DNA of 64,000 nucleotides from NCBI RefSeq assembly GCF_009914755.1, contig NC_060941.1; one strand, written 5' to 3'. The notes below the pieces were generated by a model that saw only the letters and a list, made by a program, of their open reading frames with translations, did not search any database and was not told the DNA's origin. The DNA comes from the human T2T-CHM13v2.0 reference genome, Homo sapiens. A program made the translations under genes and the position numbers. Positions 39,525 to 52,425 of the stretch are shown here, piece after piece. Numbering within the stretch: position 1 is the stretch's first letter; the number at the start of each line of letters is the position of its first letter.

Positions 39525-42072
39525 GAATTCGTTGGAAACGGGATAATTTCAGCTGACTAAACAGAAGCAGTCTCAGAATCTTCTTTGTGATGTTTGCATT
39601 CAAATCCCAGAGTTGAACTTTCCTTTCAAAGTTCACGTTTGAAACACTCTTTTTGCAGGATCTACAAGTGGATATTTGGACCACTCTGTGTCCTTCGTTC
39701 GAAACGGGTATATCTTCACATGACATCTAGACAGAAGCATTCTCAGAAGCTTCTCTGTGATGACTGCATTCAACTCACGGAGTTGAACACTCCTTTTGAG
39801 AGCGCAGTTTTGAAACTCTCTTTCTGTGGCATCTGCAAGGGGACATGTAGACCTCTTTGAAGATTTCGTTGGAAACGGAATCATCTTCACATAAAAACTA
39901 TACAGATGCATTCTCAGGAACTTTTTGGTGATGTTTGTATTCAACTCCCAGAGTTGAACTTTCCTTTGGAAAGAGCAGCTATGAAACACTCTTTTTCTAG
40001 AATCTGCAAGTGGACGTTTGGAGGGCTTTGTGGTTTGTGGTGGAAAAGGAAATATCTTCACCTAAATACTAGATAGAAGCATTCTCAGAAACTGCTTTGT
40101 GATGATTGCATTCACCTCACAGAGTTGAACATTCCTATTGATAGAGCAGTTTGGAAACACTCTTGTTGTGGAATGTGCAAGTGGAGATTTGGAGCGCTTT
40201 GAGGCCTATGGTAGTAAAGGGAATAGCTTCATAGAAAAACTAGACAGAAGCATTCTCAGAAAATACTTTGTGATGATTGAGTTTAACTCACAGAGCTGAA
40301 CATTCCTTTGGATGGAGCAGGTTTGAGACACACTTTTTGTAGAATCTACAAGTGGATATTTGGACCTCTCTGAGGATTTCGTTGGAAACGCGATAACTGC
40401 ACCTAACTAAACGGAAGCATTCTCAGAAACTTCTTGGTGATGTTTGCATTCAAATCCCAGAGTTGAACCTTCCTGTGATAGTTCAGGTTTGAAACACTCT
40501 TTTTGTAGGATCTGCAAGTGGATATTTGGACCACTCTGTGGCCTTCGTTCGAAACGGGTACATCTTCACATAAAATCTAGACAGAAGCCTTCTCAGAAAC
40601 TTCTCTGTGATGATTGCATTCAACTCACAGATTTGAACCCTCCTATGGATAGAGCATTCTTGAAACTCTCTTTTTGTGGAATCTGCAAGTGGATATGTTG
40701 ACCTCTCCGAAGATGTCTTTGGAAACGGGAATATCTTCACATAAAAACTAAACAGAAGCATTCTCAGAAACTTCTCTGTGATGTTTGTGTTCAACTCCCA
40801 GAGTTTCACATTGCTTTTCATAGAGTAGTTCTGAAACATGCTTTTCGTAGTGTCTGCAAGTGGACATTTGGAGCGCTTTCAGGCCTGTGGTGGAAATCGA
40901 ATTATGGTCACATAAAAACTGGAGAGAAGCATTGTCAGAAACTTCTTTGTGATGATTGCATTCAACTCACAGAGATGAAGGTTCCTTTACAAACAGCAGT
41001 TTCCAAACACTCTTTCTGTGGAATCTGCAAGTGGATATTTGGACCTCTTTGAAGATTTCGTTGGAAACGGGAGAATCTTCACAGAAAAGCTAAACAGAAG
41101 CATTCTCAGAAACTTCTTTGTGATGCTTGCATTCAACTCACAGAGTTGAACTTTCCTTTCGAGAGAGAAGCTTTGAAACACTCTTTTTCCAGAATCTGCA
41201 AGTGGACATTTGGAGGGCTTTGAGGCCTGTGGTGGAAAAGGAATTAACTTCCCGTAAAAGCTAGATAGAAGCATTCTCAGAAACTACTTTGTGATGATTG
41301 CATTCAAGTCACAGAGTTGAACATTCCCTTTGACAGAGCAGTTTGGAAACTCTCTTTGTGTAGAATCTGCAAGTGGAGATATGGACCGCTTTGAGGCCTA
41401 TGGTAGTAAAGGAAATAGCTTCATATAAAAGCTAGACAGTAGCATTCACAGAAAACTCTTGGTGACGACTGAGTTTAACTCACAGAGCTGAACATTCCTT
41501 TGGATGGAGCAGTTTCGAAACACACTATTTGTAGAATGTGCAAGTGGATATTTGGGCCTCTCTGAGGATTTCGTTGGAAACGGGATAAACCGCACAGAAC
41601 TAAAACAGAAGCATTCTCAGAACCCTCTTCGTGATGTTTGCATTCAACTCACAGTGCTGAACCTTTCTTTGATAGTTCAGCTTTGAAACACTCTTCTTGT
41701 AGAAACTGCAAGTGGATATTTGGTCCTCTCTGAGGATTTCGTTGGAAACGGGATAAACCGCACAGAACTAAACAGAAGCATTCTCAGAACCTTCTTCGTG
41801 ATGTCTGCATTCAACTCACAGTGTGGAACCTTTCTTTGATAGTTCAGGTTTGAAACACTCTTTTTGTAGAAACTGCAAGGGGATAATTGCACTTCTTTGA
41901 GGCCTACCGTAGTAAAGGAAATAACTTCCTATAGAAAGAAGACAGAAGCTTTCTCAGAAAATTCTATGGGATGATTGAGTGGAACTCACAGAGCTGAACA
42001 TTCCTTGCGATGTAGCAGTTTAGAAACACACTTTCTGCAGAATCTGCAAGTGCATATTTGGACCTCTCTGAG
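39525..42072 (+). repeat. HOR unit 16: 15-mer, delta-N
   Basis: 2,548 bp; junction within 41557-41604. Confidence 0.92.
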
Positions 42073-45000
42073 GAATTCGTTGGAAACGGGATAATTTCAG
42101 CTGACTAAACAGAAGCAGTCTCAGAATCTTCTTTGTGGTGTTTGCATTCAAATCCCAGAGTTGAACTTTCCTTTCAAAGTTCACGTTTGAAACACTCTTT
42201 TTGCAGGATCTACAAGTGGATATTTGGACCACTCTGTGTCCTTCGTTCGAAACGGGTATATCTTCACATGACATCTAGACAGAAGCATTCTCAGAAGCTT
42301 CTCTGTGATGACTGCATTCAACTCACGGAGTTGAACACTCCTTTTGAGAGCGCAGTATTGAAACTCTCTTTCTGTGGCATCTGCAAGGGGACATGTAGAC
42401 CTCTTTGAAGATTTCGTTGGAAACGGAATCATCTTCACATAAAAACTATACAGATGCATTCTCAGGAACTTTTTGGTGATGTTTGTATTCAACTCCCAGA
42501 GTTGAACTTTCCTTTGGAAAGAGCAGCTATGAAACACTCTTTTTCTAGAATCTGCAAGTGGACGTTTGGAGGGCTTTGTGGTTTGTGGTGGAAAAGGAAA
42601 TATCTTCACCTAAATACTAGATAGAAGCATTCTCAGAAACTGCTTTGTGATGATTGCATTCACCTCACAGAGTTGAACATTCCTATTGATAGAGCAGTTT
42701 GGAAACACTCTTGTTGTGGAATGTGCAAGTGGAGATTTGGAGCGCTTTGAGGCCTATGGTAGTAAAGGGAATAGCTTCATAGAAAAACTAGACAGAAGCA
42801 TTCTCAGAAAATACTTTGTGATGATTGAGTTTAACTCACAGAGCTGAACATTCCTTTGGATGGAGCAGGTTTGAGACACACTTTTTGTAGAATCTACAAG
42901 TGGATATTTGGACCTCTCTGAGGATTTCGTTGGAAACGCGATAACTGCTCCTAACTAAACGGAAGCATTCTCAGAAACTTCTTGGTGATGTTTGCATTCA
43001 AATCCCAGAGTTGAACCTTCCTGTGATAGTTCAGGTTTGAAACACTCTTTTTGTAGGATCTGCAAGTGGATATTTGGACCACTCTGTGGCCTTCGTTCGA
43101 AACGGGTACATCTTCACATAAAATCTAGACAGAAGCCTTCTCAGAAACTTCTCTGTGATGATTGCATTCAACTCACAGATTTGAACCCTCCTATGGATAG
43201 AGCATTGTTGAAACTCTCTTTTTGTGGAATCTGCAAGTGGATATGTGGACCTCTCCGAAGATGTCTTTGGAAACGGGAATATCTTCACATAAAAACTAAA
43301 CAGAAGCATTCTCAGAAACTTCTCTGTGATGTTTGTGTTCAACTCCCAGAGTTTCACGTTGCTTTTCATAGAGTAGTTCTGAAACATGCTTTTCGTAGTG
43401 TCTGCAAGTGGACATTTGGAGCGCTTTCAGGCCTGTGGTGCAAAACGAATTATGGTCCCATAAAAACTGGAGAGAAGCATTGTCAGAAACTTCTTTGTGA
43501 TGATTGCATTCAACTCACAGAGATGAAGGTTCCTTTTCAAACAGCAGTTTCCAAACAGTCTTTCTGTGGAATCTGCAAGTGGATATTTGGACCTCTTTGA
43601 AGATTTCGTTGGAAACGGGAGAATCTTCACAGAAAAGCTAAACAGAAACATTCTCAGAAACTTCTTTGTGATGCTTGCATTCAACTCACAGAGTTGAACT
43701 TTCCTTTCGAGAGAGAAGCTTTGAAACACTCTTTTTCCAGAATCTGCAAGTGGACATTTGGAGGGCTTTGAGGCCTGTGGTGGAAAAGGAATTAACTTCC
43801 CGTAAAAGCTAGATAGAAGCATTCTCAGAAACTACTTTGTGATGATTGCATTCAAGTCACAGAGTTGAACATTCCCTTTGACAGAGCAGTTTGGAAACTC
43901 TCTTTCTGTAGAATCTGCAAGTGGAGATATGGACCGCTTTGAGGCCTATGGTAGTAAAGGAAATAGCTTCATATAAAAGCTAGACAGTAGCATTCACAGA
44001 AAACTCTTGGTGACGACTGAGTTTAACTCACAGAGCTGAACATTCCTTTGGATGGAGCAGTTTCGAAACACACTATTTGTAGAATGTGCAAGTGGATATT
44101 TGGGCCTCTCTGAGGATTTCGTTGGAAACGGGATAAACCGCACAGAACTAAACAGAAGCATTCTCAGAACCTTCTTCGTGATGTTTGCATTCAACTCACA
44201 GTGTTGAACCTTTCTTTGATAGTTCAGGTTTGAAACGGTCTTTCTGTAGAAACTGCAAGAAGATATTTGGACCTCTCTGAGGATTTCGTTGGAAACGGGA
44301 TAAACCGCACAGAACTAAAACAGAAGCATTCTCAGAACCCTCTTCGTGATGTTTGCATTCAACTCACAGCGATGAAACTTTCTTTGATAGTTCAGCTTTG
44401 AAACACTCTTCTTGTAGAAACTGCAAGTGGATATTTGGTCCTCTCTGAGGATTTCGTTGGAAACGGGATAAACCGCACAGAACTAAACAGAAGCATTCTC
44501 AGAACCTTCTTCGTGATGTCTGCATTCAACTCACAGTGTGGAACCTTTCTTTGATAGTTCAGGTTTGAAACACTCTTTTTGTAAAAACTGCAAGGGGATA
44601 ATTGCACTTCTTTGAGGCCTACCGTAGTAAAGGAAATAACTTCCTATAGAAAGAAGACAGAAGCTTTCTCAGAAAATTCTTTGGGTTGATTGAGTGGAAC
44701 TCACAGAGCTGAACATTCCTTGCGATGTAGCAGTTTAGAAACACACTTTCTGCAGAATCTGCAAGTGCATATTTGGACCTCTCTGAGGAATTCGTTGGAA
44801 ACGGGATAATTTCAGCTGACTAAACAGAAGCAGTCTCAGAATCTTCTTTGTGATGTTTGCATTCAAATCCCAGAGTTGAACTTTCCTTTCAAAGTTCACG
44901 TTTGAAACACTCTTTTTGCAGGATCTACAAGTGGATATTTGGACCACTCTGTGTCCTTCGTTCGAAACGGGTATATCTTCACATGACATCTAGACAGAAG

Positions 45001-47502
45001 CATTCTCAGAAGCTTCTCTGTGATGACTGCATTCAACTCACGGAGTTGAACACTCCTTTTGAGAGCGCAGTTTTGAAACTCTCTTTCTGTGGCATCTGCA
45101 AGGGGACATGTAGACCTCTTTGAAGATTTCGTTGGAAACGGAATCATCTTCACATAAAAACTATACAGATGCATTCTCAGGAACTTTTTGGTGATGTTTG
45201 TATTCAACTCCCAGAGTTGAACTTTCCTTTGGAAAGAGCAGCTATGAAACACTCTTTTTCTAGAATCTGGAAGTGGACGTTTGGAGGGCTTTGTGGTTTG
45301 TGGTGGAAAAGGAAATATCTTCACCTAAATACTAGATAGAAGCATTCTCAGAAACTGCTTTGTGATGATTGCATTCACCTCACAGAGTTGAACATTCCTA
45401 TTGATAGAGCAGTTTGGAAAAACTCTTGTTGTGGAATGTGCAAGTGGAGATTTGGAGCGCTTTGAGGCCTATGGTAGTAAAGGGAATAGCTTCATAGAAA
45501 AACTAGACAGAAGCATTCTCAGAAAATACTTTGTGATGATTGAGTTTAACTCACAGAGCTGAACATTCCTTTGGATGGAGCAGGTTTGAGACACACTTTT
45601 TGTAGAATCTACAAGTGGATATTTGGACCTCTCTGAGAATTTCGTTGGAAACGCGATAACTGCACCTAATTAAACGGAAGCATTGTCAGAAACTTCTTGG
45701 TGATGTTTGCATTCAAATCCCCGAGTTGAACCTTCCTGTGATAGTTCAGGTTTGAAACACACTTTTTGTAGGATCTGCAAGTGGATATTTGGACCACTCT
45801 GTGGCCTTCGTTCGAAACGGGTACATCTTCACATAAAATCTAGACAGAAGCCTTCTCAGAAACTTCTCTGTGATGATTGCATTCAACTCACAGATTTGAA
45901 CCCTCCTATGGATAGAGCATTGTTGAAACTCTCTTTTTGTGGAATCTGCAAGTGGATATGTGGACCTCTCCGAAGATGTCTTTGGAAACGGGCATATCTT
46001 CACATAAAAACTAAACAGAAGCATTCTCAGAAACTTCTCTGTGATGTTTGTGTTCAACTCCCAGAGTTTCACATTGCTTTTCATAGAGTAGTTCTGAAAC
46101 ATGCTTTTCGTAGTGTCTGCAAGTGGACATTTGGAGTGCTTTCAGGCCTGTGGTGGAAAACGAATTATGGTCCCATAAAAACTGGAGAGAAGCATTGTCA
46201 GAAACTTCTTTGTGATGATTGCATTCAACTCACAGAGATGAAGGTTCCTTTACAAACAGCAGTTTCCAAACACTCTTTCTGTGGAATCTGCAAGTGGATA
46301 TTTGGACCTCTTTGAAGATTTCGTTGGAAACGGGAGAATCTTCACAGAAAAGCTAAACAGAAGCATTCTCAGAAACTTCTTTGTGATGCTTGCATTCAAC
46401 TCACAGAGTTGAACTTTCCTTTCGAGAGAGAAGCTTTGAAACACTCTTTTTCCAGAATCTGCAAGTGGACATTTGGAGGGCTTTGAGGCCTGTGGTGGAA
46501 AAGGAATTAACTTCCCGTAAAAGCTAGATAGAAGCATTCTCAGAAACTACTTTGTGATGATTGCATTCAAGTCACAGAGTTGAACATTCCCTTTGACAGA
46601 GCAGTTTGGAAACTCTCTTTGTGTAGAATCTGCAAGTGGAGATATGGACCGCTTTGAGGCCTATGGTAGTAAAGGAAATAGCTTCATATAAAAGCTAGAC
46701 AGTAGCATTCACAGAAAACTCTTGGTGACGACTGAGTTTAACGCACAGAGCTGAACATTCCTTTGGATGGAGCAGTTTCGAAACACACTATATGTAGAAT
46801 GTGCAAGTGGATATTTGGGCCTCTCTGAGGATTTCGTTGGAAACGGGATAAACCGCACAGAACTAAACAGAAGCATTCTCAGAACCTTCTTCGTGATGTT
46901 TGCATTCAACTCACAGTGTTGAACCTTTCTTTGATAGTTCAGGTTTGAAACGGTCTTTCTGTAGAAACTGCAAGTAGATATTTGGACCTCTCTGAGTATT
47001 TCGTTGGAAACGGGATAAACCGCACAGAACTAAAACAGAAGCATTCTCAGAACCCTCTTCGTGATGTTTGCATTCAACTCACAGTGCTGAACCTTTCTTT
47101 GATAGTTCAGCTTTGAAACACTCTTCTTGTAGAAACTGCAAGTGGATATTTGGTCCTCTCTGAGGATTTCGTTGGAAACGGGATAAACCGCACAGAACTA
47201 AACAGAAGCATTCTCAGAACCTTCTTCGTGATGTCTGCATTCAACTCACAGTGTGGAATCTTTCTTTGATAGTTCAGGTTTGAAACACTCCTTTTGTAGA
47301 AACTGCAAGGGGATAATTGCACTTCTTTGAGGCCTACCGTAGTAAAGGAAATAACTTCCTATTGAAAGAAGACAGAAGCTTTCTCAGAAAATTCTTTGGG
47401 ATGATTGAGTGGAACTCACAGAGCTGAACATTCCTTGCAATGTAGCAGTTTAGAAACACACTTTCTGCAGAATCTGCAAGTGCATATTTGGACCTCTCTG
47501 AG
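42073..47502 (+). repeat. HOR units 17-18: two 16-mers
   Basis: EcoRI sites at 42073, 44788, 47503. Confidence 0.93.
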
Positions 47503-49710
47503 GAATTCGTTGGAAACGGGATAATTTCAGCTGACTAAACAGAAGCAGTCTCAGAATCTTCTTTGTGATGTTTGCATTCAAATCCCAGAGTTGAACTTTC
47601 CTTTCAAAGTTCACGTTTGAAACACTCTTTTTGCAGGATCTACAAGTGGATATTTGGACCACTCTGTGTCCTTCGTTTGAAACGGGTGTATCTTCACATG
47701 ACATCTAGACAGAAGCATTCTCAGAAGCTTCTCTGTGATGACTGCATTCAACTCACGGAGTTGAACACTCCTTTTGAGAGCGCAGTTTTGAAACTCTCTT
47801 TCTGTGGCATCTGCAAGGGGACATGTAGACCTCTTTGAAGATTTCGTTGGAAACGGAATCATCTTCACATAAAAACTATACAGATGCATTCTCAGGAACT
47901 TTTGGTGACGTTTGTATTCAACTCCCAGAGTTGAACTTTCCTTTGGAAAGAGCAGCTATGAAACACTCTTTTTCTAGAATCTGCAAGTGGACGTTTGGAG
48001 GGCTTTGTGGTTTGTGGTGGAAAAGGAAATATCTTCACCTAAATACTAGATGGAAGCATTCTCAGAAACTTCTTGGTGATGTTTGCATTCAAATCCCAGA
48101 GTTGAACCTTCCTTTGATAGTTCAGGTTTGAAACACTCTTTTTGTAGGATCTGCAAGTGGATATTTGGACCACTCTGTGGCCTTCGTTCGAAACGGGTAC
48201 ATCTTCACATAAAATCTAGACAGAAGCCTTCTCAGAAACTTCTCTGTGATGATTGCATTCAACTCACAGAGTTGAACCCTCCTATGGATAGAGCATTGTT
48301 GAAACTCTCTTTTTGTGGAATCTGCAAGTGGATATGTGGACCTCTCCGAAGATGTCTTTGGAAACGGGAATATCTTCACATAAAAACTAAACAGAAGCAT
48401 TCTCAGAAACTTCTCTGTGATGTTTGTGTTCAACTCCCAGAGTTTCACATTGCTTTACATAGAGTAGTTCTGAAACATGCTTTTCGTAGTGTCTGCAAGT
48501 GGACATTTGGAGCGCTTTCAGGCCTGTGGTGGAAAACGAATTATGGTCCCATAAAAACTGGAGAGAAGCATTGTCAGAAACTTCTTTGTGATGATTGCAT
48601 TCAACTCACAGAGATGAAGGTTCCTTTACATACAGCAGTTTCCAAACACCCTTTCTGTGGAATCTGCAAGTGGATATTTGGACCTCTTTGAAGATTTCGT
48701 TGGAAACGGGAGAATCTTCACAGAAAAGCTAAACAGAAGCATTCTCAGAAACTTCTTTGTGATGCTTGCATTCAACTCACAGAGTTGAACTTTCCTTTCG
48801 AGAGAGAAGCTTTGAAACACTCTTTTTCCAGAATCTGCAAGTGGACATTTGGAGGGCTTTGAGGCCTGTGGTGGAAAAGGAATTAACTTCCCGTAAAAGC
48901 TAGATAGAAGCATTCTCAGAAACTACTTTGTGATGATTGCATTCAAGTCACAGAGTTGAACATTCCCTTTGACAGAGCAGTTTGGAAACTCTCTTTGTGT
49001 AGAATCTGCAAGTGGAGATATGGACCGCTTTGAAGCCTATGGTAGTAAAGGAAATAGCTTCATATAAAAGCTAGACAGTAGCATTCACAGAAAACTCTTG
49101 GTGACGACTGAGTTTAACCCACAGAGCTGAACATTCCTTTGGATGGAGCAGTTTCGAAACACACTATTTGTAGAATGTGCAAGTGGATATTTGGGGATCT
49201 CTGAGGATTTTGTTGGAAACGGGATAAACTGCCCAGAACTAAACAGAAGCATTCTCAGAACTTTCTTCGTGATGTTTGCATTCAACTCACAGTGTTGAAC
49301 CTTTCTTTGATAGTTCAGGTTTGAAACGGTCTTTCTGTAGAAACTGCAAGTAGATATTTGGACCTCTCTGAGGATTTCGTTGGAAACGGGATAAACCGCA
49401 CAGAACTAAACAGAAGCATTCTCAGAACCTTCTTCGTGATGTCTGCATTCAACTCACAGTGTGGAACCTTTCTTTGATAGTTCAGGTTTGAAACACTCTT
49501 TTTGTAGAAACTGCAAGGGGATAATTGCACTTCTTTGAGGCCTACCGTAGTAAAGGAAATAACTTCCTATAGAAAGAAGACAGAAGCTTTCTCAGAAAAT
49601 TCTTTGGGATGATTGAGTGGAACTCACAGAGCTGAACATTCCTTGCGATGTAGCAGTTTAGAAACACACTTTCTGCAGAATCTGCAAGTGCATATTTGGA
49701 CCTCTCTGAG
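47503..49710 (+). repeat. HOR unit 19: 13-mer, delta-E,F plus delta-O (2,208 bp)
   Basis: Same structure as unit 4; junctions at 48051/48052 and within 49363-49410. Confidence 0.9.
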
Positions 49711-52425
49711 GAATTCGTTGGAAACGGGATAATTTCAGCTGACTAAACAGAAGCAGTCTCAGAATCTTCTTTGTGATGTTTGCATTCAAATCCCAGAGTT
49801 GAACTTTCCTTTCAAAGTTCACGTTTGAAACACTCTTTTTGCAGGATCTACAAGTGGATATTTGGACCACTCTGTGTCCTTCGTTCGAAACGGGTATATC
49901 TTCACATGACATCTAGACAGAAGCATTCTCAGAAGCTTCTCTGTGATGACTGCATTCAACTCACGGAGTTGAACACTCCTTTTGAGAGCGCAGTTTTGAA
50001 ACTCTCTTTCTGTGGCATCTGCAAGGGGACATGTAGACCTCTTTGAAGATTTCGTTGGAAACGGAATCATCTTCACATAAAAACTATACAGATGCATTCT
50101 CAGGAACTTTTTGGTGATGTTTGTATTCAACTCCGAGAGTTGAACTTTCCTTTGGAAAGAGCAGCTATGAAACACTCTTTTTCTAGAATCTGCAAGTGGA
50201 CGTTTGGAGGGCTTTGTGGTTTGTGGTGGAAAAGGAAATATCTTCACCTAAATACTAGATACAAGCATTCTCAGAAACTGCTTTGTGATGATTGCATTCA
50301 CCTCACAGAGTTGAACATTCCTATTGATAGAGCAGTTTGGAAACACTCTTGTTGTGGAATGTGCAAGTGGAGATTTGGAGCGCTTTGAGGCCTATGGTAG
50401 TAAAGGGAATAGCTTCATAGAAAAACTAGACAGAAGCATTCTCAGAAAATACTTTGTGATGATTGAGTTTAACTCACAGAGCTGAACATTCCTTTGGATG
50501 GAGCAGGTTTGAGACACACTTTTTGTAGAATCTACAAGTGGATATTTGGACCTCTCTGAGGATTTCGTTGGAAACGCGATAACTGCACCTAACTAAACGG
50601 AAGCATTCTCAGAAACTTCTTGGTGATGTTTGCATTCAAATCCCAGAGTTGAACCTTCCTGTGATAGTTCAGGTTTGAAACACTCTTTTTGTAGGATCTG
50701 CAAGTGGATATTTGGACCACTCTGTGGCCTTCGTTCGAAACGGGTACATCTTCACATAAAATCTAGACAGAAGCCTTCTCAGAAACTTCTCTGTGATGAT
50801 TGCATTCAACTCACAGAGTTGAACCCTCCTATGGATAGAGCATTGTTGAAACTCTCTTTTTGTGGAATCTGCAAGTGGATATGTGGACCTCTCCGAAGAT
50901 GTCTTTGGAAACGGGAATATCTTCACATAAAAACTAAACAGAAGCATTCTCACAAACTTCTCTGTGATGTTTGTGTTCAACTCCCAGAGTTTCACATTGC
51001 TTTTCATAGAGTAGTTCTGAAACATGCTTTTCGTAGTGTCTGCAAGTGGACATTTGGAGCGCTTTCAGGCCTGTGGTGGAAAACGAATTATGGTCCCATA
51101 AAAACTGGAGAGAAGCATTGTCAGAAACTTCTTTGTGATGATTGCATTCAACTCACAGAGATGAAGGTTCCTTTACAAACAGCAGTTTCCAAACACTCTT
51201 TCTGTGGAATCTGCAAGTGGATATTTGGACCTCTTTGAAGATTTCGTTGGAAACGGGAGAATCTTCACAGAAAAGCTAAACAGAAGCATTCTCAGAAACT
51301 TCTTTGTGATGCTTGCATTCAACTCACAGAGTTGAACTTTCCTTTCGAGAGAGAAGCTTTGAAACACTCTTTTTCCAGAATCTGCAAGTGGACATTTGGA
51401 GGGCTTTGAGGCCTGTGGTGGAAAAGGAATTAACTTCCCGTAAAAGCTAGATAGAAGCATTCTCAGAAACTACTTTGTGATGATTGCATTCAAGTCACAG
51501 AGTTGAACATTCCCTTTGACAGAGCAGTTTGGAAACTCTCTTTCTGTAGAATCTGCAAGTGGAGATATGGACCGCTTTGAGGCCTATGGTAGTAAAGGAA
51601 ATAGCTTCATATAAAAGCTAGACAGTAGCATTCACAGAAAACTCTTGGTGACGACTGAGTTTAACTCACAGAGCTGAACATTCCTTTGGATGGAGCAGTT
51701 TCGAAACACACTATTTGTAGAATGTGCAAGTGGATATTTGGGCCTCTCTGAGGATTTCGTTGGAAACGGGATAAACCGCACAGAACTAAACAGAAGCATT
51801 CTCAGAACCTTCTTCGTGATGTTTGCATTCAACTCACAGTGTTGAACCTTTCTTTGATAGTTCAGGTTTGAAACGGTCTTTCTGTAGAAACTGCAAGTAG
51901 ATCTTTGGACCTCTCTGAGGATTTCGTTGGAAACGGGATAACCCGCACAGAACTAAAACAGAAGCATTCTCAGAACCCTCTTCGTGATGTTTGCATTCAA
52001 CTCACAGTGCTGAATCTTTCTTTGATAGTTCAGCTTTGAAACACTCTTCTTGTAGAAACTGCAAGTGGATATTTGGTCCTCTCTGAGGATTTCGTTGGAA
52101 ACGGGATAAACCGCACAGAACTAAACAGAAGCATTCTCAGAACCTTCTTCGTGATGTCTGCATTCAACTCACAGTGTGGAACCTTTCTTTGATAGTTCAG
52201 GTTTGAAACACTCTTTTTGTAGAAACTGCAAGGGGATAATTGCACTTCTTTGAGGCCTACCGTAGTAAAGGAAATAACTTCCTATAGAAAGAAGACAGAA
52301 GCTTTCTCAGAAAATTCTTTGGGATGATTGAGTGGAACTCACAGAGCTGAACATTCCTTGCGATGTAGCAGTTTAGAAACACACTTTCTGCAGAATCTGC
52401 AAGTGCATATTTGGACCTCTCTGAG
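49711..52425 (+). repeat. HOR unit 20: 16-mer
   Basis: 2,715 bp. Confidence 0.93.
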
